Below, in pieces: positions 20,038 through 30,309 of a DNA stretch of 64,000 bases. The stretch comes from an uncultured archaeon. Lineage in GTDB: Archaea; Asgardarchaeota; Lokiarchaeia; Sigyniarchaeales; SOKP01. Positions within the stretch are counted from its first letter, which is position 1. Every line of letters starts with the position of its first letter. The translations under genes and the position numbers were made by a program. The stretch spans positions 1 through 64,000 of the forward strand of contig CAZGJX010000004.1 in NCBI GenBank assembly GCA_964525635.1, written 5' to 3'. The notes under the pieces are model-generated. The model saw only the letters and a program-made list of their open reading frames with translations, was not told the DNA's origin and did not search any database.

Positions 20038-22611
20038 ATGGAACAAAAAATATTAGATTTATTAAATAATAAGAAAGTAGCTTTCTTTATTGGAGCTGGA
20101 GTTTCAATGATTCCACCATCATGTTTACCAAGTTGGTGGCAAGTCAATCATATAATTCTCGACTCTCTCACTAATTTATCGAATTCAATTACTCCTAATG
20201 TAGGGGAACTTACAACCCTAATTAAAAATAGAGAAGAAGATGGGAAACTTCCTCCTGAATTCGCAGCAGAAATAATATGTAATAGGATTGGGGATTCATA
20301 TTTTAAAGTTTTGGAAGGATTGGAAGGTGATACTCCAAATCAAGTTCATTTGTGGCTAGCTATTTTAGCAAAAATAGGAAAACTCAAAGTTATTATTACC
20401 ACAAACTTTGATACTCTTATTGAAAAAGCATTTAGAATTATTAATATTCCTCTCAAAGTATGTGTGGATCCAAAAGATTATGAACGAGTTTATGATTTAT
20501 TAAATAATTCCGTAAATGAAGAAACACCATGTATCTTATTGAAGCTACATGGAACAGCTACTCATCCTGAAACATGTATAGACACTTTAGCACAGAGAAA
20601 AAGGGGTTTAGATCCAAAAATAGTAAAAACTTTAAATCTAATTGGTTATCAAAATTTTTGGATATTTTTAGGATACTCAGGAGCAGACCTTGAAGCAGAA
20701 CCTAATTATTTGGGTCTTCGAAAAAGGATGGAAAATTCGCCAGGATTTGCTTGGCTTCATTTAAGTAATATAGAACCATTAAAATCCGTTTCTGAATTAG
20801 TCGAATTATATGGTAAAGATCGTGGTATTATTGATTTTGGTACTCTACCTAATTGGCTAAATGATATTAAAAGACTCCTTCCTGATTTTATAAGTCCTCC
20901 TAATGATTTAGATATGACACAAGAACAATTAAATGAAATAAAGGAAGGAAAACTTAAAAAAATTCGAAATCATTCAAAAAGCTGGGCAATTGAACGAGGT
21001 GAAATATCTAGTACACTTATTCTTTCAGACATAGGTATTGAAGCAGGAGCCTATGAAGCGGCAAAATTGGTATTAGTAGATTTAATTAATAATAGAGAAA
21101 ATCATCAAATAGGCTCCCGTAATTTAGCAATAATATATTTGGAATTAGGTAAAATTTTAAAACATTTTGGAGATAATAAAGAAGCTTTATCCTATTATCA
21201 AAAATCTTCAGATTTATTTAAAAATATAGATGATCTTGATGGCTATCTTACAACAGTACATGAAATATCAAGGATGCAACATCATTTTGGTGAATTTCTA
21301 AAAGCAGAAAAAAATATGGAGAAAGTTGTCCAAATTATGAGAAAAAATAGTGATAATGAGGGTTTAATTAGCTCATTAAACGATTTAGGAAGTTTTTATA
21401 ATAATACTGGAAAATTTCAAGAAGCATTAGATATTTATAATGAGAGTATATCACTTTCTGTTCAATTTGGTTATGAAAGTTGGTTAGCTCAAGCTAGCTT
21501 AGGTATTGCTATTACTGAATCAGAGATGGGCGACCTTATAAGTGCAGAAAATAATATCGAGAAAGCTATTAAAATTTTTTCACGTCTAGGAGATAATAGT
21601 TTCTTGTCAGAAGCTTTAAGAAATTTAGCAGAAATAAATTTTGATAAAGGAGAAAATGAATTAGCATTTAAATATCTTGAAGAGGCTAGAAATAAGGCTT
21701 TTCTTGTAGGAGATAAATCCAGAATGGTGCGTGTGGAATTAATGAAAGCGGATTTTATGATTCAAAATGGAAATTATGCAGAAGCAATATCAATTTTAAC
21801 AAAAATAAATAAAATAATAGAAATACTTGAAGATGCTTTATTAACAGTTGATATTTGGGAGAAAATGGGGATTGCTACCCAATTACAAGGAGATTTAAAT
21901 CAAGCAATTAATATATATAAAAATGCTCTTATTGAAGTTAATAGAATTGGATTAGAAGCAAGAGCCGCAAATATTCAAAACAATCTTGGTATCATCTTAG
22001 ATCAACAAGGAACCCATGAAGAAGCATTGAACTTTTATGCTAAAGCTTATAATAAATATAAAGAAATTGGGCAAATTAAAGCGATGTCAAATACCACAGC
22101 TAATATCGCAAATGTATATTATCGTTTGGGAAAATTCGATATATCTTTAGATTATTATAATGAAGCATTGGGTTATTTCAAGGAATTAAATGATATAGGG
22201 GCTATTTTAAATACTAAAACAAATTTAGCAAATATTAAAGTTCAATTAGGAGAATATAAGAATGCTGTTGGAATTTATAATCAAACGATTCAAATGGCTG
22301 AGCAATATGGAAAACTTGGATTAAGAGATATAACTAAATTAAATTTAGCAGGAATATATTTTCAACAAGAAGAATATCCCAAAGCTATAGAACTTTATAT
22401 TCAGATTAAAAATACAAGTATTGAACGAAATGATTTTTATTATGCAGGGATGGGAAGTTATTATTTGGGCTTAGGTTTAGGACGTATGAATGAATTAGAT
22501 AAGGCAAAAGAAGCTATAACGGATGCAATTAATCTTTGGGATAAGATGAAAGAGCCATGTCCAATGATAAATGATGCCCAAAAAATATTGGATTCATTAA
22601 ATAATATTTAA
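20038..22611 (+). CDS. SIR2-like domain protein with TPR array
   Basis: FFIGAGVS, ITTNFDTLIE, LKLHGT, FLGYSGAD; C-terminal two-thirds made of TPR repeats. Confidence 0.85.
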   Translation: MEQKILDLLNNKKVAFFIGAGVSMIPPSCLPSWWQVNHIILDSLTNLSNSITPNVGELTTLIKNREEDGKLPPEFAAEIICNRIGDSYFKVLEGLEGDTPNQVHLWLAILAKIGKLKVIITTNFDTLIEKAFRIINIPLKVCVDPKDYERVYDLLNNSVNEETPCILLKLHGTATHPETCIDTLAQRKRGLDPKIVKTLNLIGYQNFWIFLGYSGADLEAEPNYLGLRKRMENSPGFAWLHLSNIEPLKSVSELVELYGKDRGIIDFGTLPNWLNDIKRLLPDFISPPNDLDMTQEQLNEIKEGKLKKIRNHSKSWAIERGEISSTLILSDIGIEAGAYEAAKLVLVDLINNRENHQIGSRNLAIIYLELGKILKHFGDNKEALSYYQKSSDLFKNIDDLDGYLTTVHEISRMQHHFGEFLKAEKNMEKVVQIMRKNSDNEGLISSLNDLGSFYNNTGKFQEALDIYNESISLSVQFGYESWLAQASLGIAITESEMGDLISAENNIEKAIKIFSRLGDNSFLSEALRNLAEINFDKGENELAFKYLEEARNKAFLVGDKSRMVRVELMKADFMIQNGNYAEAISILTKINKIIEILEDALLTVDIWEKMGIATQLQGDLNQAINIYKNALIEVNRIGLEARAANIQNNLGIILDQQGTHEEALNFYAKAYNKYKEIGQIKAMSNTTANIANVYYRLGKFDISLDYYNEALGYFKELNDIGAILNTKTNLANIKVQLGEYKNAVGIYNQTIQMAEQYGKLGLRDITKLNLAGIYFQQEEYPKAIELYIQIKNTSIERNDFYYAGMGSYYLGLGLGRMNELDKAKEAITDAINLWDKMKEPCPMINDAQKILDSLNNI

Positions 22612-22612
22612 T

Positions 22613-24238
22613 TTATATTTTTTTTGATACATAAGGGTTATCTAATTTATATCCTAATTCATAAAACCAGTCTCTAACTCCAATACCACTAATTACAGCT
22701 AGTTTTTTTGCATTAAATTCTTCTTTTGAGATTTTTTCTGCATTTTTCATTAATAATTTTCCAAATCCTCTATGTTGAATATGTGTTAATTGATTAGGTT
22801 TTAAATCTTTTGGTACAAGTTCACCTACAACTCTTATTTCTCTAACTATTAAAGTTTTACCATCATTTAATTCTGATCTATGAGCATATTCTGACGGATT
22901 TCTTAATCGAAGAAATCCTACTAAATATCCTTCCTTTTTATTTTCATAAGATAAAAATATTTCTTGCCCTTCAGATGCTTCATAATCAATACGATTTAAT
23001 CTAACATCTTCTAGAAATCCCTCTTTTTCAATTATACCCCTTCTTTTAATTCCATATTCACGACACCTTATACAATTACATTTGCTATTCCATTCTTTCA
23101 ATCTTTCATGAACAAGTTGTCTTAAATTACTTTTCTTACACCCTGATTCTATTAAATTAGCGGGTATATCTCTCATGATTCTTTGAATTCTTACATAGGG
23201 GGGGATCTTTTGTTTAACTTTAGCAATTAAATCTATTAAATCATCTAAAGAATATGAAGTATATTTTTCCTCTTTCCACCACTGATATAATTCAGTACCT
23301 TTTATAACAACAGTCGGATATATTTTTAACATATCTGGTCTATAATTTTGATCAGAAAATAATTCATTAAACATCTCTATATCTTTAGAAATATTTGATG
23401 TGGGAAGATTGGGCATCATATGAACATTAATTTTTAATCCCGCATCTTTAGCCATTCTTATAGCTTCTATACTATCTTGTGTCTCATGGCCTCTTTTTAC
23501 AATTTTGTATATATCATTATAAATAGTTTGTACTCCAATTTCTACTCTAGTTGTCCCATAGTCCAACATTCTGTCTATTTCATATTCTTTACAATAATCA
23601 GGTCTAGTTTCTATTGTAATTCCGACTATTCTTCTTTTAGAGGATTCTGCTAATTTTTTAGCTTCCTTAAATGTTTCAACTCTCCTTTCAATTATTCCTT
23701 CTAAGGCCCCTTTAATGAAATTTTGCTGATAAATAAGGTCAGTTGATAAAAAAGTACCACCCATTACAATAAGCTCGATTTTATCTACGTTATGTCCTAT
23801 TACTTCAAGATCATGTATACGACTTTGAACTTGGCGATAAGGATCATAATTATAATGAATTGAACGCATAGCAGCAGGTTCCTTACCTGTATATGATTGA
23901 GCGACCTTATCACCAGGTTGTGATTCTTTACCTGGACAATAAATGCATTTTCCAGGACAAGGTAAGGGTTTCGTCATAATTGCTATTACAGAAACACCTG
24001 AAAGAGTTCTAGTTCTTCTTCTTTTTAATATTTGAGTGATAAATTCTTTTTCTTCAGGTGAAGCATACTTTAGAATAGTTGCATTTTTTATAACATTTTC
24101 AATTTTGTATTTCTTCCCTAGTCTTGCTTTAATATTTGTAATATTTTTTCTAGAACTCTGAGGATTCTTCATTAAATAACTAATAATTTCTTTTGAGAGG
24201 TGTTCTAATTTTGTCAAATCCTCCGAATTTTCAAACAT
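22613..24238 (-). CDS. elp3: Elp3 tRNA uridine(34) modification enzyme (radical SAM + acetyltransferase)
   Basis: CPGKCIYCPG, QSYTGKEPA, ETRPD, LKIYPT, RIQRIMRDIP, QHRGFGK, ISGIGVR. Confidence 0.95.
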   Translation of the reverse strand: MFENSEDLTKLEHLSKEIISYLMKNPQSSRKNITNIKARLGKKYKIENVIKNATILKYASPEEKEFITQILKRRRTRTLSGVSVIAIMTKPLPCPGKCIYCPGKESQPGDKVAQSYTGKEPAAMRSIHYNYDPYRQVQSRIHDLEVIGHNVDKIELIVMGGTFLSTDLIYQQNFIKGALEGIIERRVETFKEAKKLAESSKRRIVGITIETRPDYCKEYEIDRMLDYGTTRVEIGVQTIYNDIYKIVKRGHETQDSIEAIRMAKDAGLKINVHMMPNLPTSNISKDIEMFNELFSDQNYRPDMLKIYPTVVIKGTELYQWWKEEKYTSYSLDDLIDLIAKVKQKIPPYVRIQRIMRDIPANLIESGCKKSNLRQLVHERLKEWNSKCNCIRCREYGIKRRGIIEKEGFLEDVRLNRIDYEASEGQEIFLSYENKKEGYLVGFLRLRNPSEYAHRSELNDGKTLIVREIRVVGELVPKDLKPNQLTHIQHRGFGKLLMKNAEKISKEEFNAKKLAVISGIGVRDWFYELGYKLDNPYVSKKI

Positions 24239-24326
24239 ATATTATATTAATTTTTTATTGGAAAAAATTTTTTTGTCATATATTCAATTTCCTATAATTT
24301 TTTATTTATTGTTAATATCTAAATAT

Positions 24327-25751
24327 ATGTCACAAAAGAGCTCCAATAAAGATAAATTAGAATTTTTAAATTTCAACACCTTTCTTTATTCTATTACAGT
24401 TTCTAAAATTAAAGATATAATCTATAATTTCAATGATCAATGCGAAGATAATGATAAAAAAGAAAAAAAAATAAAAGGTTATTCCAAATTGAAAAAAGAT
24501 GGATTGATTAAATTGATTAATTCATCATTATCTGAGAAGGAGAAAAATCAAATATATTCTAAGCTTGAAGGTGAATTTGTAGAAGATCTGATGAAAAAAG
24601 GGGTTGAATTAATAAGTGGGGAGAGTAGAGTTGAGACAGTACAAAATGCCGCAGTAATCGGTGGAGGGAATGGTTTTACCGTTTGGTTTAAAGGAAAATA
24701 TGGTTCTCATAAATCAATAATAGAAATCCTAAATGAAACTATTGATAGAGATTGTGATTGTAAAATTGGAAAACCAGGAGGATTATGTTTACATCAGATG
24801 GCAATATATTTAATGCTAATTAGTAAGAAGATTCTAACTAAAGAAGATCTACCTTTCAATGTTGAAAATAAATATTATAGTACAATTCAAAAAAGATTGG
24901 ATTTATTAGCAACTCAAAGTCTTTTTAAAGAAGATCCAGCAATAATGTTTGAAGATGGTTATAAAATATATATCTACGAAAAGCAAAACCTAGTCATTTT
25001 AGATTGGTCAGGTGACTTTGCTGGTAAATCTACTAAAGATATATCAAAAGAAAAAGATGATATTGAAACATGGGTAGTTAAAAAAATAGTAAATCTAATG
25101 TTAAGAAATATTAAAGTAAAGACTAAAGAAGGCAATCCCGAGAAAATTGTTATTGATTCGTATGATGTTATAGGTAAAATTATGAAACATCCAGAATTAG
25201 TAAATAAAATATTAAAAAAATTTTCTGCACTTGAAAATTCAAAGCTTCCTACAAATGAAAAAGATTTAAATTTATTTTTAAAAAGTAATTTAAAGGAATC
25301 AACAACCGAAATATATATAGAACCTCCATTTTCAGCTTATATGGGAGAGGACCCATATTTATTCGTTAGTTATACACACAAGGATAAAGCAGATGTATAT
25401 CCAATCATTCAAAATTTATATAAAAATGGATTGAATATATGGTATGATGAGGGTATTCCTTTATCTACAGATTGGTGCAATACAATTGCTGAAAAGTTAA
25501 TGAATTGCAATATCTTCCTCTCTTTTATATCTCCTAATGTTAATGAATCAGATAACACACAAGATGAAATACATCTTGCAATGAATCAGAAAAAACCATT
25601 ATTAGCAATATACCTAAAAGACACAGAACTAATCCCAGGGTTACAAATGAGAATCAGAAGAGTCCAAGGAATCATGAAGTATGAAATGGAAGAGGTAAAA
25701 TTCTACGATAAGCTATTAGATAATTTAAATCACATAAATGAAAAACCATGA
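24327..25751 (+). CDS. SWIM Zn-finger + TIR-domain protein
   Basis: CDCKIGKPGGLCLH (CxCxnCxH); C-terminal YLFVSYTHKD..IWYDEGI..SDNTQDEIHLA TIR motifs; start placed at first ATG. Confidence 0.8.
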   Translation: MSQKSSNKDKLEFLNFNTFLYSITVSKIKDIIYNFNDQCEDNDKKEKKIKGYSKLKKDGLIKLINSSLSEKEKNQIYSKLEGEFVEDLMKKGVELISGESRVETVQNAAVIGGGNGFTVWFKGKYGSHKSIIEILNETIDRDCDCKIGKPGGLCLHQMAIYLMLISKKILTKEDLPFNVENKYYSTIQKRLDLLATQSLFKEDPAIMFEDGYKIYIYEKQNLVILDWSGDFAGKSTKDISKEKDDIETWVVKKIVNLMLRNIKVKTKEGNPEKIVIDSYDVIGKIMKHPELVNKILKKFSALENSKLPTNEKDLNLFLKSNLKESTTEIYIEPPFSAYMGEDPYLFVSYTHKDKADVYPIIQNLYKNGLNIWYDEGIPLSTDWCNTIAEKLMNCNIFLSFISPNVNESDNTQDEIHLAMNQKKPLLAIYLKDTELIPGLQMRIRRVQGIMKYEMEEVKFYDKLLDNLNHINEKP

Positions 25752-25761
25752 AAAAAAGAAT

Positions 25762-26595
25762 TTAATTCAAATTAATCTTTCTTCCTGAAAAATCTCTTTT
25801 ATTTTTTCCAAAATCTTTTATTTTTTTTAGTTCCTCACTTTTAAAGATGGGTCCATCTTTACAAACAAGAAGTCCTAATGGATCAAGAGCACATAATCCA
25901 CATAATCCACATCCACATCTCATAATTCTTTCTAGACTAGCATACAACGTAATATCTTTTTTAATGCAAATTTCTGATAATTTTAACATCATTATTTCAG
26001 GTCCACAGGTATATACTATAGTATTTTTCAATTCATCGAGAGAAAAACTACTAATTATTTCCTTAAAAATCTCAATAGTAAATCCTTTTTGACCATAACT
26101 TCCATCATCAGTACAGTAATGGATATAAGAAATTTCAATATTATCAGGTTTATGTACCAACACTAATTCATTTTCTTTTTTAGCACCTATAATCATTTTA
26201 AAAGAATATCCATACTTTTTTAATTCAGATGATAAAAATCTAAGAGGTGCTAATCCAATCCCACCACCAATCAAAAATATTTTTTTATCTTTATCTTCAG
26301 GAATTTTAAAACTATTACCTAATGGACCCCGAACACCTATATAGTCTCCTTCTTCCAAATTTGCAAGTGCTTTAGTACATTCACCAATAATTTTTACTGT
26401 AATTCCCCAATATTCATCTTTCTTATAATCAGAGATTGACATAGGAATTTCATCAATACCTGGAATCCATATCATAATAAATTGTCCAGGTTTAGGTATT
26501 AGACTCTTATCTAATTTAAATAGTATACTTTTAACATCTTTACATTCATCAATAACCCTTATAATTTTTACTATTTGTATCATATTCTCAGTCAA
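25762..26595 (-). CDS. pyrK: dihydroorotate dehydrogenase electron transfer subunit
   Basis: PGQFIMIW, RGPLGN, GGGIGLAP, CGPEIM, MRCGCGLCGLC..VCKDGP. Confidence 0.93.
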   Translation of the reverse strand: MTENMIQIVKIIRVIDECKDVKSILFKLDKSLIPKPGQFIMIWIPGIDEIPMSISDYKKDEYWGITVKIIGECTKALANLEEGDYIGVRGPLGNSFKIPEDKDKKIFLIGGGIGLAPLRFLSSELKKYGYSFKMIIGAKKENELVLVHKPDNIEISYIHYCTDDGSYGQKGFTIEIFKEIISSFSLDELKNTIVYTCGPEIMMLKLSEICIKKDITLYASLERIMRCGCGLCGLCALDPLGLLVCKDGPIFKSEELKKIKDFGKNKRDFSGRKINLN

Positions 26596-27514
26596 AATCA
26601 GGAACCTCTTGAGTTTTATAACTATGTGCTAGACCTTTAATATTATTAATTGATTTATACTCATTTTCTTGTAGAAATAATATAAGATTTTCATTAATTT
26701 TTGAGATGATATCTATTCCCTTATGTAAAGCTGTACCCACTGCGACGGCAGAAGCCCCAGCAAGGAAATATTCTACGACATCTTTCCAATCATAAACACC
26801 ACCACATCCAATAATTGGTATTTTCAATATTCTATAAAGATCATATACTTTTTTAATAGAAATAGGTTTAATAGCTTTACCCGACAATCCTCCACTTCCA
26901 TGAGAGAGAATAGGTCTTTTTGTGTTTATATCTATTACCATTGATGCAATTGTATTAATTGCTACTACAGCATCAGCACCTCCTTTTTCTGCAGCTAAAG
27001 CAATTTCACAAATATCAGTGACATTGGGATTTAATTTTACAAAAAGAGGTATTTTAAGTTCTTTCTTTATTTTTTGAACTAAAGAATATGTTAGCTCCGA
27101 ATTTATTCCAATAGACGATACTTTTGCATGTGGACATGAAATATTTATTTCAATAGCATCACAACCCCCTTCTTCTGCTCTCAATGCTACTTTTAAATAA
27201 GAATCAAAAGTATCTCCAAATATACTAACAATTAAAGGAAAATTATATTCTTTTATTTTTCTTATTTCATGATAAAATTCTTCAATTCCTGGATTTCCTA
27301 ATCCTACAGAATTTATAAAAGTTCCAGGAAGAATTTCGAAAATTGAAGGGTTTTTATAACCTTTTCTTGGTATTGGCCCAATTGATTTTGTGGTTATTGC
27401 TCCAGCTCCTGCATCTATTACTCTCTTCATAGATGAAAATGAGACTCCGAGTATACCAGAAGCTAAAATTATAGGAGATTTTAATTTTAAATTAGAAATC
27501 TTTACATTTAACAT
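26588..27514 (-). CDS. pyrD: dihydroorotate dehydrogenase (family 1B)
   Basis: LASG, NSVGLGNPG, EINISCPH, VKLNPN, GGLSGKAIKP. Confidence 0.95.
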   Translation of the reverse strand: MLNVKISNLKLKSPIILASGILGVSFSSMKRVIDAGAGAITTKSIGPIPRKGYKNPSIFEILPGTFINSVGLGNPGIEEFYHEIRKIKEYNFPLIVSIFGDTFDSYLKVALRAEEGGCDAIEINISCPHAKVSSIGINSELTYSLVQKIKKELKIPLFVKLNPNVTDICEIALAAEKGGADAVVAINTIASMVIDINTKRPILSHGSGGLSGKAIKPISIKKVYDLYRILKIPIIGCGGVYDWKDVVEYFLAGASAVAVGTALHKGIDIISKINENLILFLQENEYKSINNIKGLAHSYKTQEVPDFD

Positions 27515-27584
27515 AGTTTTATAAAAAATATAGTAATTATTTATAAATAGTCATTTTTTTATTTGAAATTAACGGCAAGATATA

Positions 27585-28787
27585 GTGAAAATGAAAGCTT
27601 ATATCATTAATACATTAATAGGGATTTTTGCTATTGATAATGCAGGAAACCTTCTGAATTTTAGAGATTTTAACAGAGATAAACAAAGAATTATAAAATT
27701 TTATTCAAATATAGATCAAAAAATCCTTTTAGAAAAAGAATATAAAAATTTACTTATAGAATTGAATACTTCTGGTTTTAATGAATTTATTTTTGATAAT
27801 GAGGATTTAGAAACATTAACGTCCCAAAATTATGAATTTAACACAAGTTTAAAACGTAATTCATTAGAATTTAAAAATTTTCGATTAAATTTAAAGAAAG
27901 AGTTAAGAAAAATAGGATTAGATGATGTTCAAGAAGAACTTTTACATCAATATAAATATATCAATGAAGAATTAATAAAACAAAAAATTAGACAAGTTGG
28001 AGATAAAAAAGATATTATTATTGTCCAAATTATTGAGACTTTAAATATATTAAAAAAAACTATTAGTCTTTATTCAAACCGATTAAAAGAATGGTATGGA
28101 CTTCATTTTCCAGAATTGACTGATAAAATAATAGAGGATAATATTGTTTTAGCTAAAATTGTTTCTGAAGTTGGACATAGAAAAAATATATCAAAAGAAT
28201 TCCTTCAAAATCTCGAAATAGGTCAAGATAAAACAGATAATATTCTTAATATGACTTTAGAATCAATGGGAGCGGAAATTGATCTTATGATGGTAAAGAA
28301 TTTTGCCGATCTGATTATTTCAATGGAAAATTATAGAATTAATTTAGAATTACACTTAGAAGGGCTCATGGATGAAATCGCACCAAATATGAAAGCAATT
28401 GTGGGGGCTTTAATAGGTGCAAAATTGATAGCAAAGGCAGGAACGCTCCAAAAATTAGCTTTTATGCCTGCGTCTCGAATACAATTACTAGGAGCAGAAA
28501 ATGCATTATATCGCTTTCTAAGATCAGGTGAAAAATTACCAAAGCATGGATTAATATTTCAATGGCAACAAATTAGAAGTAGTAAACTTCATCAAAGAGG
28601 AAATATTGCTAGATTAATTGCTGGAAAATTAGCAATTGCCTCTAAGATCGATTATTTTGGTGGTCAGTTCATTGGGGAGGATTTATCAAAAGAAATTGAA
28701 ATTAAAATAGGGGAAATTAAGGAAAAATATCCTGAATATATAAATAGAGATAAATTAGGAAAAGTATCAAAATTAAAGAAAAATTAG
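27585..28787 (+). CDS. nop5: C/D box sRNP protein Nop5
   Basis: RLKEWYGLHFPEL, APN, IQLLGAE, PKHGLIF, RGNIAR..IASKIDYF. Confidence 0.93.
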   Translation: MKMKAYIINTLIGIFAIDNAGNLLNFRDFNRDKQRIIKFYSNIDQKILLEKEYKNLLIELNTSGFNEFIFDNEDLETLTSQNYEFNTSLKRNSLEFKNFRLNLKKELRKIGLDDVQEELLHQYKYINEELIKQKIRQVGDKKDIIIVQIIETLNILKKTISLYSNRLKEWYGLHFPELTDKIIEDNIVLAKIVSEVGHRKNISKEFLQNLEIGQDKTDNILNMTLESMGAEIDLMMVKNFADLIISMENYRINLELHLEGLMDEIAPNMKAIVGALIGAKLIAKAGTLQKLAFMPASRIQLLGAENALYRFLRSGEKLPKHGLIFQWQQIRSSKLHQRGNIARLIAGKLAIASKIDYFGGQFIGEDLSKEIEIKIGEIKEKYPEYINRDKLGKVSKLKKN

Positions 28788-28822
28788 AACTATTGTTAAT
28801 AATTATAAGTGAATATATCGAA

Positions 28823-29518
28823 ATGGGAAAAATGAAGATTAGAAAACATCCTCAGATAAACAACCTTTTTATTTCGGGTCCAATAGAGAGACCTAAATTA
28901 TATACTAAAAACTTAGTAGTAGGAAAAAGAATTTATGGAGAGAGATTATTCAATGATAATGGAATTGAATATAGGGAGTGGAATCCTTATAGGAGTAAAT
29001 TATGTTCTATTATTCTAAAAAATCCTTCAACTAAATTTCTTAGAAATGGTCAAACCTACCTTTATTTAGGTGCTTCATCTGGTACTACTGTCTCTCATTT
29101 ATCAGATCTTATTCCTAACGGAATTATCTATGCCGTAGAATTCGCGGAAAGAAGTATAAGACAACTTATCCAAAACACATCAGAAAGAAAAAACGTTATA
29201 CCTATTTTGGGAGATGCTCGTCATCCTGTGAACTATGCTAAATCTATTTTTAATTATATTGACATAATATATCAAGATGTAGCTCAACCAAATCAATCAG
29301 AAATCGCAATTAGGAATTGTAAATATTATTTAAAAGAAGATGGAATATTATTATTAGCAATAAAATCTCAGTCCATTGATAGTATTTCAAAATCAGAAAA
29401 TATCTACAAGCAAGAAAAAAGCAAGTTAAAAAAAGCAGGATTAAACATTTTAGAAACAGTAAATATTCATAAATATGCTTCTGAACATATATTTTTAATC
29501 GCTAGAAAAGTAGGTTAA
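28823..29518 (+). CDS. flpA: fibrillarin rRNA/tRNA 2'-O-methyltransferase
   Basis: YREWNPYRSKL, LYLGASSGTTVSH, DVAQPNQ; follows nop5; start could be 28832. Confidence 0.95.
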   Translation: MGKMKIRKHPQINNLFISGPIERPKLYTKNLVVGKRIYGERLFNDNGIEYREWNPYRSKLCSIILKNPSTKFLRNGQTYLYLGASSGTTVSHLSDLIPNGIIYAVEFAERSIRQLIQNTSERKNVIPILGDARHPVNYAKSIFNYIDIIYQDVAQPNQSEIAIRNCKYYLKEDGILLLAIKSQSIDSISKSENIYKQEKSKLKKAGLNILETVNIHKYASEHIFLIARKVG

Positions 29519-30234
29519 CTGAAATATTGAGTAATTTTTCTATTATTTAATTCCTCATTTAATATTCTTTTTGTTGTTTCCCATGATTTCCTAGCAAATG
29601 GAGGAACATCCTTATGATTTTTTATCCATTCTCGTAAAAAATGGATTGTTTTTTTATCTGAAGTATAACCAGAACCTAAATCACTATAACCAAGATTGAG
29701 ATATTTTTCTCTAAGATCATTAATTATAGTATCTCTTTTATTCTTTGCAATTATTGAAGCAGCAGAGACTATAGGAAATAGATCATCTGCTTTATGTTTC
29801 GAAATGATTTGTTTTGGATGATAAGATAAGAGTTTTTTTATTGATTTTCCAAATCTAGTTTCATCTACATCTGCGGCATCAATATAAATAATATCTGGTT
29901 TTAAATCATTAATTATTTCCACCATTTTAAGAATTTCAAGTTTATTTAAAGAAAGATTCTTTAATATCCTATTATCGATTTCTTGAGATGAAACTTGTGT
30001 TTCTTTAAAACAAACGCAATTTTCTTTTATTAACTTAGCTAAAATTTCTCTTTTTCTTGATGTTAGTTTTTTAGAATCTTTAACACCAATGTTATATAAA
30101 TAATCAAGATTAGTATATGGAAAACATACACCACATAACACCATAGGACCTAAAACGGGGCCTTTCGGGCAAAAAAGCGAATTACTTTTTCAACTCCCGG
30201 CCTCATCAATTCCACATATTAGATGATCATCCAT
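29515..30234 (-). CDS. rnhB: ribonuclease HII, split by an intron (exons 30234-30194 and 30163-29515; 229 aa spliced)
   Basis: Exon 1 reads MDDHLICGIDEAG; the splice gives AG+A = Arg, then GPVLGPMV; downstream GVKDSKKL, IDAAD, HKAD, VSAASIIAK, GSGY. Confidence 0.93.
30164..30193 (-). other. 30-nt BHB mRNA intron in rnhB
   Basis: CGGG|AG^T|TGAAAAAG-loop-CTTTTTTG|CCCG|AA^A; contains an in-frame TGA. Confidence 0.85.
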
Positions 30235-30309
30235 AATTCTAATAAAATCCTTTTTTCTTTTTTCATTTGCATTTTTTCAGTTTTTCAATAAATTTAATAT
30301 AAATTATCT

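Noticed and set aside
30190-30192. Selenocysteine or read-through explanation for the rnhB TGA
   Set aside because: Read-through would put ten extra residues into the DEAGRGP motif and remove the Arg; BHB splicing restores the motif exactly.
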